DNA of 61,302 nt, counting the filler, from Sphacelaria rigidula (taxonomy: Eukaryota): assembly GCA_964200075.2 (NCBI GenBank). It is 9 parts of 9 records of this genome, joined end to end, with 100 filler letters (N's around TTAATTAATTAA, not from the genome) between each part and the next. Parts side by side here need not be neighbours in the genome. Positions count along the whole stretch, not along the records: positions 13,647 to 20,369 come from CAXNAA020018410.1; positions 20,470 to 27,192 come from CAXNAA020018411.1; 7 more parts are not named here. One strand, written 5' to 3'. The notes beneath the pieces are model-generated. The model was not told the DNA's origin. It saw only the letters and a program-made list of their open reading frames with translations, and made no database searches. Below, one piece after another: positions 13,547-23,600 of this stretch (positions are counted from its first letter, which is position 1; every line of letters begins with the position of its first letter). A program made the translations under genes and the position numbers.

Positions 13547-13689
13547 NNNNNNNNNNNNNNNNNNNNNNNNNNNNNNNNNNNNNNNNNNNNTTAATTAATT
13601 AANNNNNNNNNNNNNNNNNNNNNNNNNNNNNNNNNNNNNNNNNNNNTTATTTGTTTTTTTCGTGTCGGAAGTTTTGTTTTTTTTATGTA

Positions 13690-13951
13690 AGCTACTTTCG
13701 TTAAATTAAACGTTATTTATTTTTTTTTTACGTGATGAGCGTAACGTTTTTTTTTTTACGCGACACACGTCACGTAAAGTGAACGTTAATTTTTTTCACG
13801 TGATGAACGTAACGTGAACGTGAACATGTACATGTACAGCCAGGGCTATACACGTTACACGTGCCATGTCATTACACGTTACGTTCACGTTACGTTTTGG
13901 CCGAAACGTAACGCGAACGTGAACGTGTAACGTGTAACGTGTATAGCCCTG
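13690..13951. mobile_element. AACGT/ACGTT-rich TIR element remnant (hAT-like termini CAGGGCTATAC...GTATAGCCCTG at 13841-13951)
   Basis: Inverted repeat CAGGGCTATACACGTTACACGT / ACGTGTAACGTGTATAGCCCTG embedded in many short ACGT subterminal motifs. No TSD seen. Confidence 0.55.
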
Positions 13952-14340
13952 GAATTTTTCAAGCGTCAGGGGGAAAAAAATCGGGAAAAGCATTTTTATG
14001 GGCCCCGAGTTGGACCGAGTCGGGGGAGAAAAAATCGGGGTGTCACGATTTCAGAACCGTTTCCCCCGTTTTTTTGCGAAGAATCGGGGGAAAGCTGAGG
14101 TCCCCTCGATTTTGAGGAGGTAACGTACGTACATTGACGTGCACTGGTAAGGTAGAAGGCGTTCGATATTTTTGCAATCGCAGCAGAACACAGTCTCGTG
14201 ACAGCACAGGTCGTGCCTACCCGCGCCAGCTGCTGAAACAGCTTCGCACGGGAGTTTGACCAGCGGATAGGAAGTGTTTACGCCGTACCCTACGGTGATG
14301 GTAATATCTTATGCCGAAATGCGCTGCCATGTGTATCACC
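13952..14340 (+). repeat. Dispersed ~380-bp repeat family (reverse-complement copies at 29680-30055 and 33330-33560)
   Basis: Shared motifs ACGTACATTGACGTGCA, GTCTCGTGACAGCACAGG, AGCTTCGCACGGG and GCCGTACCCTACGGTGATGG occur in reverse complement on contig 5. Confidence 0.8.
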
Positions 14341-14568
14341 ATGAGGAACGGTACTGTATTACAACATCCTAGTCTGTTGTCGCTGGATTTGCAGGCTGAT
14401 TTATGGCGCTGCACTTCTGAACTCTTCTCACGCAGTGTTTGTCCACTGTTGTCGCACTACCACACGGTACTATCATGTACTGTAACGATGGAATGTCCTG
14501 GACCGTATTTCCCTTGGGTACCACGGGATGATCCTGTACTTGGAGAATTATTCACCGTCGACCTACTG

Positions 14569-14972
14569 TGTTTCAAGCTTCAGGCGCCTTGGTCCAAACA
14601 GCGCCGACTGTTTGACCGATACGCGAACTATGACTCGATCAGCACCGACTGCCGAGCCGGTAGACACTGAAGACGAGGTAATTTGGTTTCATCTTTGAGT
14701 ATCAAACCCAGTGCAGCAGCACAATTGAGGACAAAACACGCACTGAACGAAGGTGGGAAAGCAACACGACGAGCGTAGCTGTCAATCTGTTTGTCCCCTA
14801 ATTAAGAAGATCATCCCTCAATCCTGCAGCCGTACTGTACCTCATCTTGGACCTTCAAATAACGGCACCCCAGAAACAGATAAACGACTCTTGGTTTCCT
14901 GTACCTTGTTCTGCAATCTCGGAACAATATAAAACACCCCAAAGTGATGAGTGAGATTACGCATGATCAACA
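14569..14972 (-). repeat. 3' LTR of Copia element 1
   Basis: TGTTTCAAGCTTCAGGC...ACGCATGATCAACA, followed on the plus strand by CCCTCCCT (PPT). Confidence 0.9.
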
Positions 14973-15147
14973 CCCTCCCTAATTTCTCGCATCGGGAACT
15001 CAAACGCCGACAACAACAAACAATTGCGTCAACTTCAACGTAGTGTTTCACACGGATTCTAGTCCCACTCAAACCTCACTCAAGCGATGACCGAATAACG
15101 GTTCGGACTCGGCTGTGACACGCATGAGAATCCCCGAATGGGACACA

Positions 15148-15746
15148 CTAGGTTAATACTCGCGTCGGCACCTCACTCGAACGTTCGTCGTTCGACACAT
15201 TAACGAAGTCCGGAACACTTACGACAGCCAAAACATCTTGGTTCGTCAACGCATTCCTGTGGTATCGAAAACTGTCTACAAGACAAGGCTTTGTGAGTAC
15301 GTTCGCATGTTGCTCAGCTGACGAGAAATACTCCACTCGAATGATCCGTTGAGACACCGACTCCCTCAGAATATGATGGCGAACATCTATGTGCTTACTG
15401 TCGTGTGAGCTCCGCGGATTATTAGCCAGCTGAATGGCCCCCTGATTATCCTCGTACACTCTCACCGGAATACATATCTCCCTATGTTGCATGAATTGAA
15501 GCACCGCCATGATGAAAAGCGCGCCCTTCACCACGTCCCCCATGGCTACGTACTCGACCTACGTAGTAAAAAGCGTAACGTTCTTCTTTGAGTCCTTGAG
15601 AAAACCCCGACAACAGCTCCAACAGAAAAATATTGCACCACCAGAAACTGAATGCCCATCATCGAAATTTACGTAGTCTGCGTCTGTGTACGCCAACAAC
15701 TCCTCGCTCGAGCCTCTCTCACATGTGATACCCAAATCTACAGTAC
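15148..15746 (-). pseudogene. Copia RNase H remnant
   Basis: STVDLGITC...AYTDADY...SVSGGAIF; YEDNQGAIQLANNP...SKHIDVRHHILRE...QHANVLTKP. Frameshifted. Confidence 0.9.
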
Positions 15747-15748
15747 TA

Positions 15749-16362
15749 CTTCCTCAGACATAAGTTAGGACCGAATTTCGGCGCAGATCGTATCCTTTCA
15801 ACGGAGGCGCCTACGATGCTAAAATTAGTTTCATCAGAAATATATTTTTTACAGGTGACTGATGCAAACAAAATAAATGATTTGTGATTTTATTACATCT
15901 CAAAGTATAGGCCAAAAAGTCCCCAAAATTGGCCAATTTCGGCTACATTTCGATATGACAACTTTGGTGTAGAGCACACCGGGGTATCCGCGCGGCAGAG
16001 GGCGGGAACGTAGGAAAGGACAGTCGAGTACGACAAGGAGGCCTTCACAAAGGCTTGGGACTATCTGGCATCAAGCACGAGTGATGGAGAGGATGATAAC
16101 CGATTTTGTTTTTCCCATGTTTTTTTTCTTTTTCCCCACTTTTGTGTTCGTGGAAAAGGGGTAAAAAACGGCCTTTTTTGTGCCGACTTCTTTTTTTCTG
16201 GCCGCTACTCCACCTGGCGTGATGCGAATTGAAAAAAATAAACAAACATCGTATTTAACACAAAAACACGCCAAGGAAGTCAATGAAAGAAACGAAAACA
16301 GCATCGGAGACCGTTTAGGACGTCTGTGAAAAATTCGGTCCTAACTTATGTGGCAGAGAAAG
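15749..16362. mobile_element. MITE (Tc1/mariner Stowaway-like) nested in Copia pol
   Basis: TIRs CTTCCTCAGACATAAGTTAGGACCGAATTT / AAATTCGGTCCTAACTTATGTGGCAGAGAAAG, flanked by TA on both sides. It splits the RT-RNase H junction (...KVLQIFEYI | STVDLGI...). Confidence 0.8.
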
Positions 16363-16364
16363 TA

Positions 16365-17400
16365 TAATATCAATGTACTCGAATATCTGCAAGACTTTTC
16401 GCCAATACCCGGGAGTCCGGTTCTCGTTTTGTCTGGACGCAGCTCTCACGGCATCGGTGATGTCGGGACGGGTGTTGTTCGAGAGCCACATCAACGATCC
16501 CACCGCCTCTCGGTATCTTCCCTTGAAGTCTTCTCCCTCCTCAACCTTAAACGAAGATGAAACGTGTGAGGGGGTTGCGATGGTTTTATCGGTTGAGAAC
16601 TTTTCGATGATCCTCTGAGCGTATGCAGTCTATATCAACTTGAAGGTACACCCCTCTCCAGATCGTGTCTGTGTTCACATCCTGCATATAAAACCAGCTC
16701 CCCTAGTTTCTCCGTCGGGAAGTGAAGGTTAAGATCGGTGGCTACTTTATTGCACTCAGCATCGTCACCCACAGCGAACATTTCGTCAACACGTGTCACA
16801 GTCAAAACCTTGACCTTTTGTCCGTCCACCAGCCTGTAAATGCACGGATCGGCTAAGCTCTGCTCGAAACCTAGACTATCTAGAATCCTCCCTAGCTTAC
16901 CGAATCAGTATCTAGCTGCTTGTCGAAGGCCATACAACGTCTTCCTCAACTGTACGATAGTCCCAGCCCGCTCACCCAGACCTGTCATCAATCGCATATA
17001 CTCTTCCTCCTTCAGATCAGACTGTACGGAACCCTGCTCCACGTTGAAATGAAGAATTGTTTTTCCCTCAGCGCAAGCTACGGCTGCAGCCACACTATTT
17101 GTTGTTTCGGAAGGTGTTGGTGAAAACGTCGGAATATCGTCAATCTCTTGCTTCCCCTCCCCCTGAACAACAATCGAGCCTTTGCTCTGATAGCGTAACC
17201 GTGTTCGCCCGTCTTTCACTGGAATACCCACTTCGAATAAACTGTCTTTCCTTCTACTGGAGGTGTGTCCACAACTGTTCAAGTGTTGTTACGTTCCAAT
17301 CCTTCAGTCTCCTTGTTCATCGCATCCAACCATACGCTCTTAAACTGTGAATTGTAACTATCCTGCACTGTGTTTGGAGCTGTTTCCATCTCGTCAAGCG
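16365..17400 (-). pseudogene. Copia reverse transcriptase remnant
   Basis: IPTFSPTP, VQSDLKEEEYM, QLRKTLYGLRQAAR, ADPCIY, VGSLMWLSNNTRPDITDAV. The YVDD position is degenerate (TRVDEM). Many stops and frameshifts. Confidence 0.9.
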
Positions 17401-17795
17401 TCAATTACGGATTATTTTCCGAGTTGGACTTCCCTGATTGACGTGGGTCGTCCATGTCGGCTAGATGCGCTAGTATCCGCTCCGTGGCGCACGAATCTCC
17501 CGTATACGTCCACAGCGCACTATGATCACTTTGCGGAAGATCAGGAACGCACTGCTCCTGGCGCTGCTGCAAAATTCGCGTCTGCGGTCTAGTACGTTCC
17601 AGCGTCGACTCAACTGAATCTTGTTGCTTCGTGGTGTCCGCGCTGCCGACGGACGACTCGTGAGCGGATGTCGATGATGACGATCCCGTCGAAGCAGACG
17701 ACACAGGCGCTGCTGGCGGCTGTGCTGAGCTGATGCCGTCGTCGTCGTCGGACATAGATCCTGGCCCCCATCTCCACCTAGATCATCCTTCTCGG

Positions 17796-18620
17796 TCACT
17801 GTTTCGCCCGAAAATTTCCCTTCGCGACTGTACTCTTGCCTCCTGTGGAAAAAGCACGGCTGTGATCCGTACCCTTCGCACCACCTGCTTTTACCAGTGA
17901 TATATACTCATCTTTTATTTGACCTCGCGTCTGGTCGGGCAATAAAACGGGTACCACTCGTAGGTTGTCAAGTACAGTTGTGTACTCTGCGGGGAGAGAT
18001 GACAGAAACTTGTTCACAGCCATAGGGGAGCCTATTTCCACCCCAAGCGAACGAGATCTTGTCTGTATGTTTTCAAGTTTTATCCAGTGCTCATTTGTAT
18101 CCTGGTCCCTACAGTCCCTCTGATTGTTGAACTCGGTCAAAATATCAAACATGGATCCCGAAGTCTTCGGCGGAAAAATGCTCTTCCAGCGCACTCCATG
18201 CTACTGGCGGTGACTCGGACTTGAAAACAAAATGTCTTCCAACATCATCCTTCATCGTATTGATAAACATAATATACGCAAAATGCGCACGCTTGAGATT
18301 GTCTGGGCTCACTACCAACCTCAGCAGTTCAGGTTCATTCAGTGGGTTCACGCATATCGAAGGGTTTCTTGCTGAGCCTCCACCGAAACCGTACAATGAT
18401 GCGTGCGGCTCTATTTCATACTTGAATGTAGACCGAACATGACCCCTATTGCTTCAAACGGAGGAATATGTTTCGCTTCCAGAATTCTAGTGTTATTCTC
18501 TACTGTACACGTAGCGTTTGAACTTTGAAAATCTACAGTTATCAGACCATCCTCAGAGCTTGCATCAGGGCTTGGAAAACCCAACCCTTCTATCATCCCT
18601 ACACTGCTGCCAAAGGCCAC
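17796..18620 (-). pseudogene. Copia gag remnant
   Basis: ESPPVAWSALEEHF, KFLSSLPAEYTTVLDNL (UBN2-like gag motifs), spread over three frames. Confidence 0.75.
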
Positions 18621-18928
18621 AGCACCTGGTACACCGATACCCGCTGTAGATAACCCCCCAGCTAGCAGGCCAGATCAAACACTAGTCCACCCTGCGAGTG
18701 GTGTTGCCCCATTCGCTGCATACCGTCATGCAGCCTTCTGTTGTTGCGGTCCGGGAAAGTGATGCCGTTGCAGGACCCGCGTGTACTGCTCTGGTGGAAC
18801 CAAAACAGGAGGGGTAGAAGCGTCCTGCCCTCCACCTATGCCATCCTTGCCCTGAGATTCATTACCTTCACTACCACTCATAGTGAATCCTTCTTATGTT
18901 CTAGCCATGCTATGAATAAGCGCTAGCG

Positions 18929-19325
18929 TGTTTCAAGCTTCAGGCACCCTCGTTCAAACAGCATCGACCGTTTGACCGATACGTGAAGGATGGCTCGATC
19001 AGCACCAACTGCGAGCCGTTGTACACTTGAGACGAAGTAATTTGGTTTTGTCCTTGATCATTAAACCCAGTGCAGCAGCACAATTGGGGAGAAAACACGC
19101 ACTGAACGAAGGTGGAAAAGCAACACGATGCTGTCGATCTGTTTGTCCCCTAATTAGGAAGATAATCCCTCAAGCCTGCAGCCGTACTCTACCTTATCTT
19201 GTACCTTTGAATAACAGCATCCACGAAACAGATACACGGCTCATAGTTCCCTGTACCTCGTTCTGCAATCTCGGAACAATATCATACACCCCAAAACTGA
19301 TGAGTGAAATTACGCATGATCAACA
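18929..19325 (-). repeat. 5' LTR of Copia element 1
   Basis: Direct repeat of 14569-14972, with 9 mismatches in the first 60 bp. Confidence 0.9.
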
Positions 19326-19734
19326 TAGTGTTCGGCTTCATGAGTACGCGCGACAGTCAATACCACTCTCATGCCGGAAAAGACCGTGTATAGAACTATT
19401 TCACGAATACGTGATACCATGAAACAGTGCCCCCGATTCTGAGTTCGCGAATTCGAGATTCGTTGCCGTGGAAGATGGTGTGACAGCATATCACCCACCC
19501 AGTATACATTGGGTGGGCGCATTGATGTCGAGTACATGTTCCACCGAACCGTAACGATCAAGCTCTGTGTACTCTGCCGTGTTCTGAAAATCATGTCGTC
19601 CAACGAATCTCCCATGCAGTGTAATTCAACAAGTCATTCACTCAATATATTTTGTTGGCGAGCAGGATATTCATATGACAGCCGTTTCGAACCAGTCCGA
19701 AAAAGTAGGCGAGATTGCTGCGTCATTTTTTTCG

Positions 19735-19965
19735 GAATACCTCGGAGTAATTTCTTGAGGATACGTGATCCGATCCATTGGTTACCTGACCCTTCGGCTG
19801 TGAGGTTACGTTGGTTGATGAATCAGCATTCACTTTGAATTAAAAACAATGCCGAGATATTTCGGAGAAATGTTTTGAGGAAAAGTGATCCCATTCATTA
19901 GATGCCTGGCCCTTTGGCTGTGGGATTACTTTGACTGATGAATCGGCATAATTTTTCCTTGAAAC
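19735..19965. repeat. Degenerate ~120-bp tandem duplication
   Basis: TTGAGGA..GTGATCC..CATT..CCTG(A/G)CCCTT(C/T)GGCTGTG(A/G)G..TGATGAATC(A/G)GCAT occurs twice. Confidence 0.65.
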
Positions 19966-20514
19966 GAAGCCGTGTCCCAGAGCCAGCAAACAAACCACGA
20001 ACGACGGGGGTATATTATACTCAAACTTCCGGGATTTTTTGCTGTAAATTACTTTTGAATATACCGGGAGCCTCGCCTTTGAGATACCTCTGTTTTGTAC
20101 GAGCTATTAGTCAGCTCTCACGGTATGTAACTATTTTGCGGCAGTCAGCTGCAGAAAGTGTGAACGGCTGCCGGTTGCCCACGGAAAAGATTCGTCTATG
20201 GCTCTCAGCCGTCCACGGGAAAACATGAATCTGTGGCTCTCTGCCTTCTACAGACCACCCGCCCACCCCCGTCTCTACACCGCCCACCCCTGCTCCGACT
20301 CTATGGTGAGACACCCATGAGGCAGTGTATAACCTGTGGCTGTCTCGGGAAGTGGCGATACCAGAAAATNNNNNNNNNNNNNNNNNNNNNNNNNNNNNNN
20401 NNNNNNNNNNNNNTTAATTAATTAANNNNNNNNNNNNNNNNNNNNNNNNNNNNNNNNNNNNNNNNNNNNCGTCTGTGCCCACGAGTTCGCGAGATCAGAC
20501 TTATGTGCGGAAAT

Positions 20515-20615
20515 AGTAACAACAACAACAACAACAACAACAAAGAAATAATAATAATAAATAATGGTGATAATAATAATAATAATAACAATAATAACAG
20601 TAGTGATGATAACAA

Positions 20616-20662
<47 letters not shown>

Positions 20663-20688
20663 ATAATAATGATAGTAATAATAATAAT
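20515..20688. repeat. Compound trinucleotide microsatellite (AAC/AAT/ACT)
   Basis: Direct reading. Probably intronic, immediately upstream of an AG acceptor at 20696-97. Confidence 0.95.
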
Positions 20689-20697
20689 TCGGCGCAG

Positions 20698-23600
20698 GGA
20701 ACCGCGAGGACCATGGGCTCAGGAGAATCAATCTCCGTAGATCCTGGGACGCCGTCCGCCGGAAGCCTCTCGGATGGATCTGCGGCGATACACGACAGAA
20801 TGATTGCAGGAAATGCGGGATGGGCGCAACAGATGGAGCTCGTAAAAGGGGGCGCAACTTCGACGTGAGAGTCGAAGAAGAGCCCTTCAGGAAACCCGGT
20901 GTTTGTGCAATGGAAGAATGTATGGAGTGCTCGGGCATTGTAGGAGGTGGCCCGAGCGGTACCCGTCTGGGGACAGCGCCGTGAGCGCGCGCGGGGAGGT
21001 GTACGTATGATTCTGCATGCCGTAGTTATGAGACCATTGACCTCGCATCCCTACAAAGCCGGGACGGAGTACACCAGGTTTTTACCGGACGAGGCTCGTC
21101 GTCACCGAGCGCGAAGCGCTGTGATGTGTCCGGCGAGTTGCATGAGGGGTGAGGTGCATCTTGCTGGTATTGTTCGGCTCGAAGCATGCTAATTATCTCA
21201 CAAATGGATGACAACCTCCCGACATTTTGATTGATTGATTGTCGCACGTTAACTGACCCCCCAGGGATCCAGCCATGGTAACATGATAGTCGTACCCAAA
21301 ACAAAACAGAGAAAAAATAGAGAAAAAAAGGAGAACAGAACAACATAGTAGACTAAGACGTGCAAAAGAGGAAATAAATGACAAGAAAAAAAAGAAATTA
21401 TGAGTTGCTTCATTTTGTGGTGTCGCCACTCGCAGAGACAGCCACGGCTTCCATTCACCATTTTTGAAACACCACGTATTGCGATCCCTTCGCGCGGTGT
21501 TCGGGTTCTTCACTCCACACAACATGATATATTTCGACCACCGTCATCGTGACCGCAAGAAAAGCAAGCGGAGAAAATTGGTTGCCTTGCTTGCGCAGTG
21601 AGCAGCGTGTTTTATAGCGTCATTGCCAACCGACGCCAAGCCTCAAAGAAGGGGGGAATGACGGGGGGTGCACATCTTGAGTAGGTCTGCTGTATCCTTT
21701 GCACCGTATAGGGCATGGAGAAACTGAAAACTGGATTGGAAAACGCCTTTAACGTGATTAATGCTCACAAAAAGGTAGTAGCCGCTTCATTGGGGATCGG
21801 CGTCTTTCCCTGCGCAGGCGGCGTACTCTTCTGTTTTTAACGATCAAATTCCTAGAGGACGCGTTCCCATGCGAAACATCGGTCGTAGTATGTTCAACCC
21901 GGTTACCAAAGGCTTTCGCCTTTGCGTATGTGACTCTATCACCCACCAGGAGTGATCGACGATCTGCCTTTTCGATATTCGAGCACCTTGACGTGGACGA
22001 GGACATGCAGTTATCCCCTTGGGAATTGGCGCGCTTTCTCCCGGCAGTAAGTGGTGGAAAGGGTAGAGCAGAGCGAGCGCAGCCACATTACCTTTTTTAT
22101 CGCAAGTTCGTCCGTCATGGGTGCAGAAACAGACTTTCATTCTACCTGTTGGCTGGACAGCATCATCGTGCTTGCAGCTCCGCTTTAGCTCCACATCCGT
22201 ATTCAGCATGAACCAGCGGTAGGGTAAGTGATTTTCAGAAGAGTAACACATGTTAGCCGGCGAATGGCACTTCATGCGCTTCCTTTCCTATCCGCCCACG
22301 CCGCTTGTTCTCCGGCTTTGTGTGTACTGTATGTAGACCGTTGGGTGCACTAATGAGACGAGGGTCGAGCTCACGTTCTACTGCCAGGGTCTTGGGCTTT
22401 ACGTGGAAGAAGACGAGGAGGAGATTGTGGCCGTTGCGGGGTGGGACGAGGGCAGCCCGGCGGCGGAGAACCCGTCCCTCATGGTGGGTCAGCTGGACCC
22501 TACACCGTGGCCTATATTTTGTCGATTGGTTGGTTGATCGATTGGGTAGGTGTCGCGCATGAAGATTGAGTGATACACTGTTATACGACTCCAGCCGTAG
22601 CCGCAAGATAGGCTTCCTCAACGCAAATGAACGGAACGCTCGCTAAGGAACCTCGAGAAAGGCGAGAGATGGAAAAGAAAGGAGAAAGCTGGCACGCTAA
22701 AGAGACAACTCCAAACCACCACCACCAACAACAACAACGACGACGACGACGACGGCGGCGTTAGCAGATCGCTGCCGCATGGTTGCCGATAAGGCGTGTA
22801 CACAAAAATGATCACAGAATAAAACAAAAAGTAGAAACAAATAAGTCAAATCGAAACCGGTGGCGACTCAGCTACATGAAGACCACATTTTTAGGACGGG
22901 ACCTCTCACCCACAAGCTCTACTATTCCAGAGAAATCCCCGGGACAAGTGCTTCGTAGAGTCATACAGTTACACCGCCGGATACTCGGTGCCTAATGGTG
23001 GATGCTGTCATATTCACCTTGCCTAATAAGTGGTACATATCCCGAATTACACAGCTACGCGCGATATCGCGCATGTTCATTCGCCCACAACACAGTGTGT
23101 GAAACGTAACGACATGCTTCAAGGATGACAGGGTTGGACCATAAAATGCATATGACATTAACGGTGTTTGCTGTGATATGTGTCGGATGAAATAGAGCCA
23201 CACGACAAGAGGCTGCTTCTCTGCGTGGGGAAACGATCGCTACTTTTCACACACAGGATTAGGGGAGTTGTGGCAAACCCAGAGTAAAAACACTGCTAAA
23301 GAGAGCTGAAAGGGGCCCGCAGTTTCATAAGGTCACAACTGCATGGCACTCAAATTTTTCGAGTTTTATCATTTTGACCAATCACCAAATCTCTGGCCGC
23401 TTCTCTCTCTCTCTCTCTCTCTCTAGTGCACGACGAGCGGAGCACACAAAGATAAGCGAGGGCACACACCATCCGCCTATCTTGCACATGCAGCTACAGA
23501 GCACACCCAACTATACGGTGTACATCTACGGCGACTATGTAGTGCAGCATCAACACAGCGTGAACAGTGATCCTACGTGACCAAACTATTGTCAGTGGCT

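Larger units (their letters stand above)
14569..19325 (-). mobile_element. Ty1/Copia LTR retrotransposon, complete LTR-to-LTR but decayed and internally deleted
   Basis: Two ~400-bp TG...CA direct repeats, a near-perfect 5-bp TSD (TACTG 14564-68 / TAGTG 19326-30), a polypurine tract AGGGAGGG (minus strand) abutting the 3' LTR, and gag, RT and RNase H remnants on the minus strand. Confidence 0.93.

Noticed and set aside
20418..20868. Poly-N/T and poly-L/V ORFs
   Set aside because: These are translations of a trinucleotide microsatellite.
22612..22764. Terminal exon of the EF-hand gene (…HHHQQQQRRRR*)
   Set aside because: It is microsatellite-derived, and splicing instead to 23711 completes the PDZ domain.
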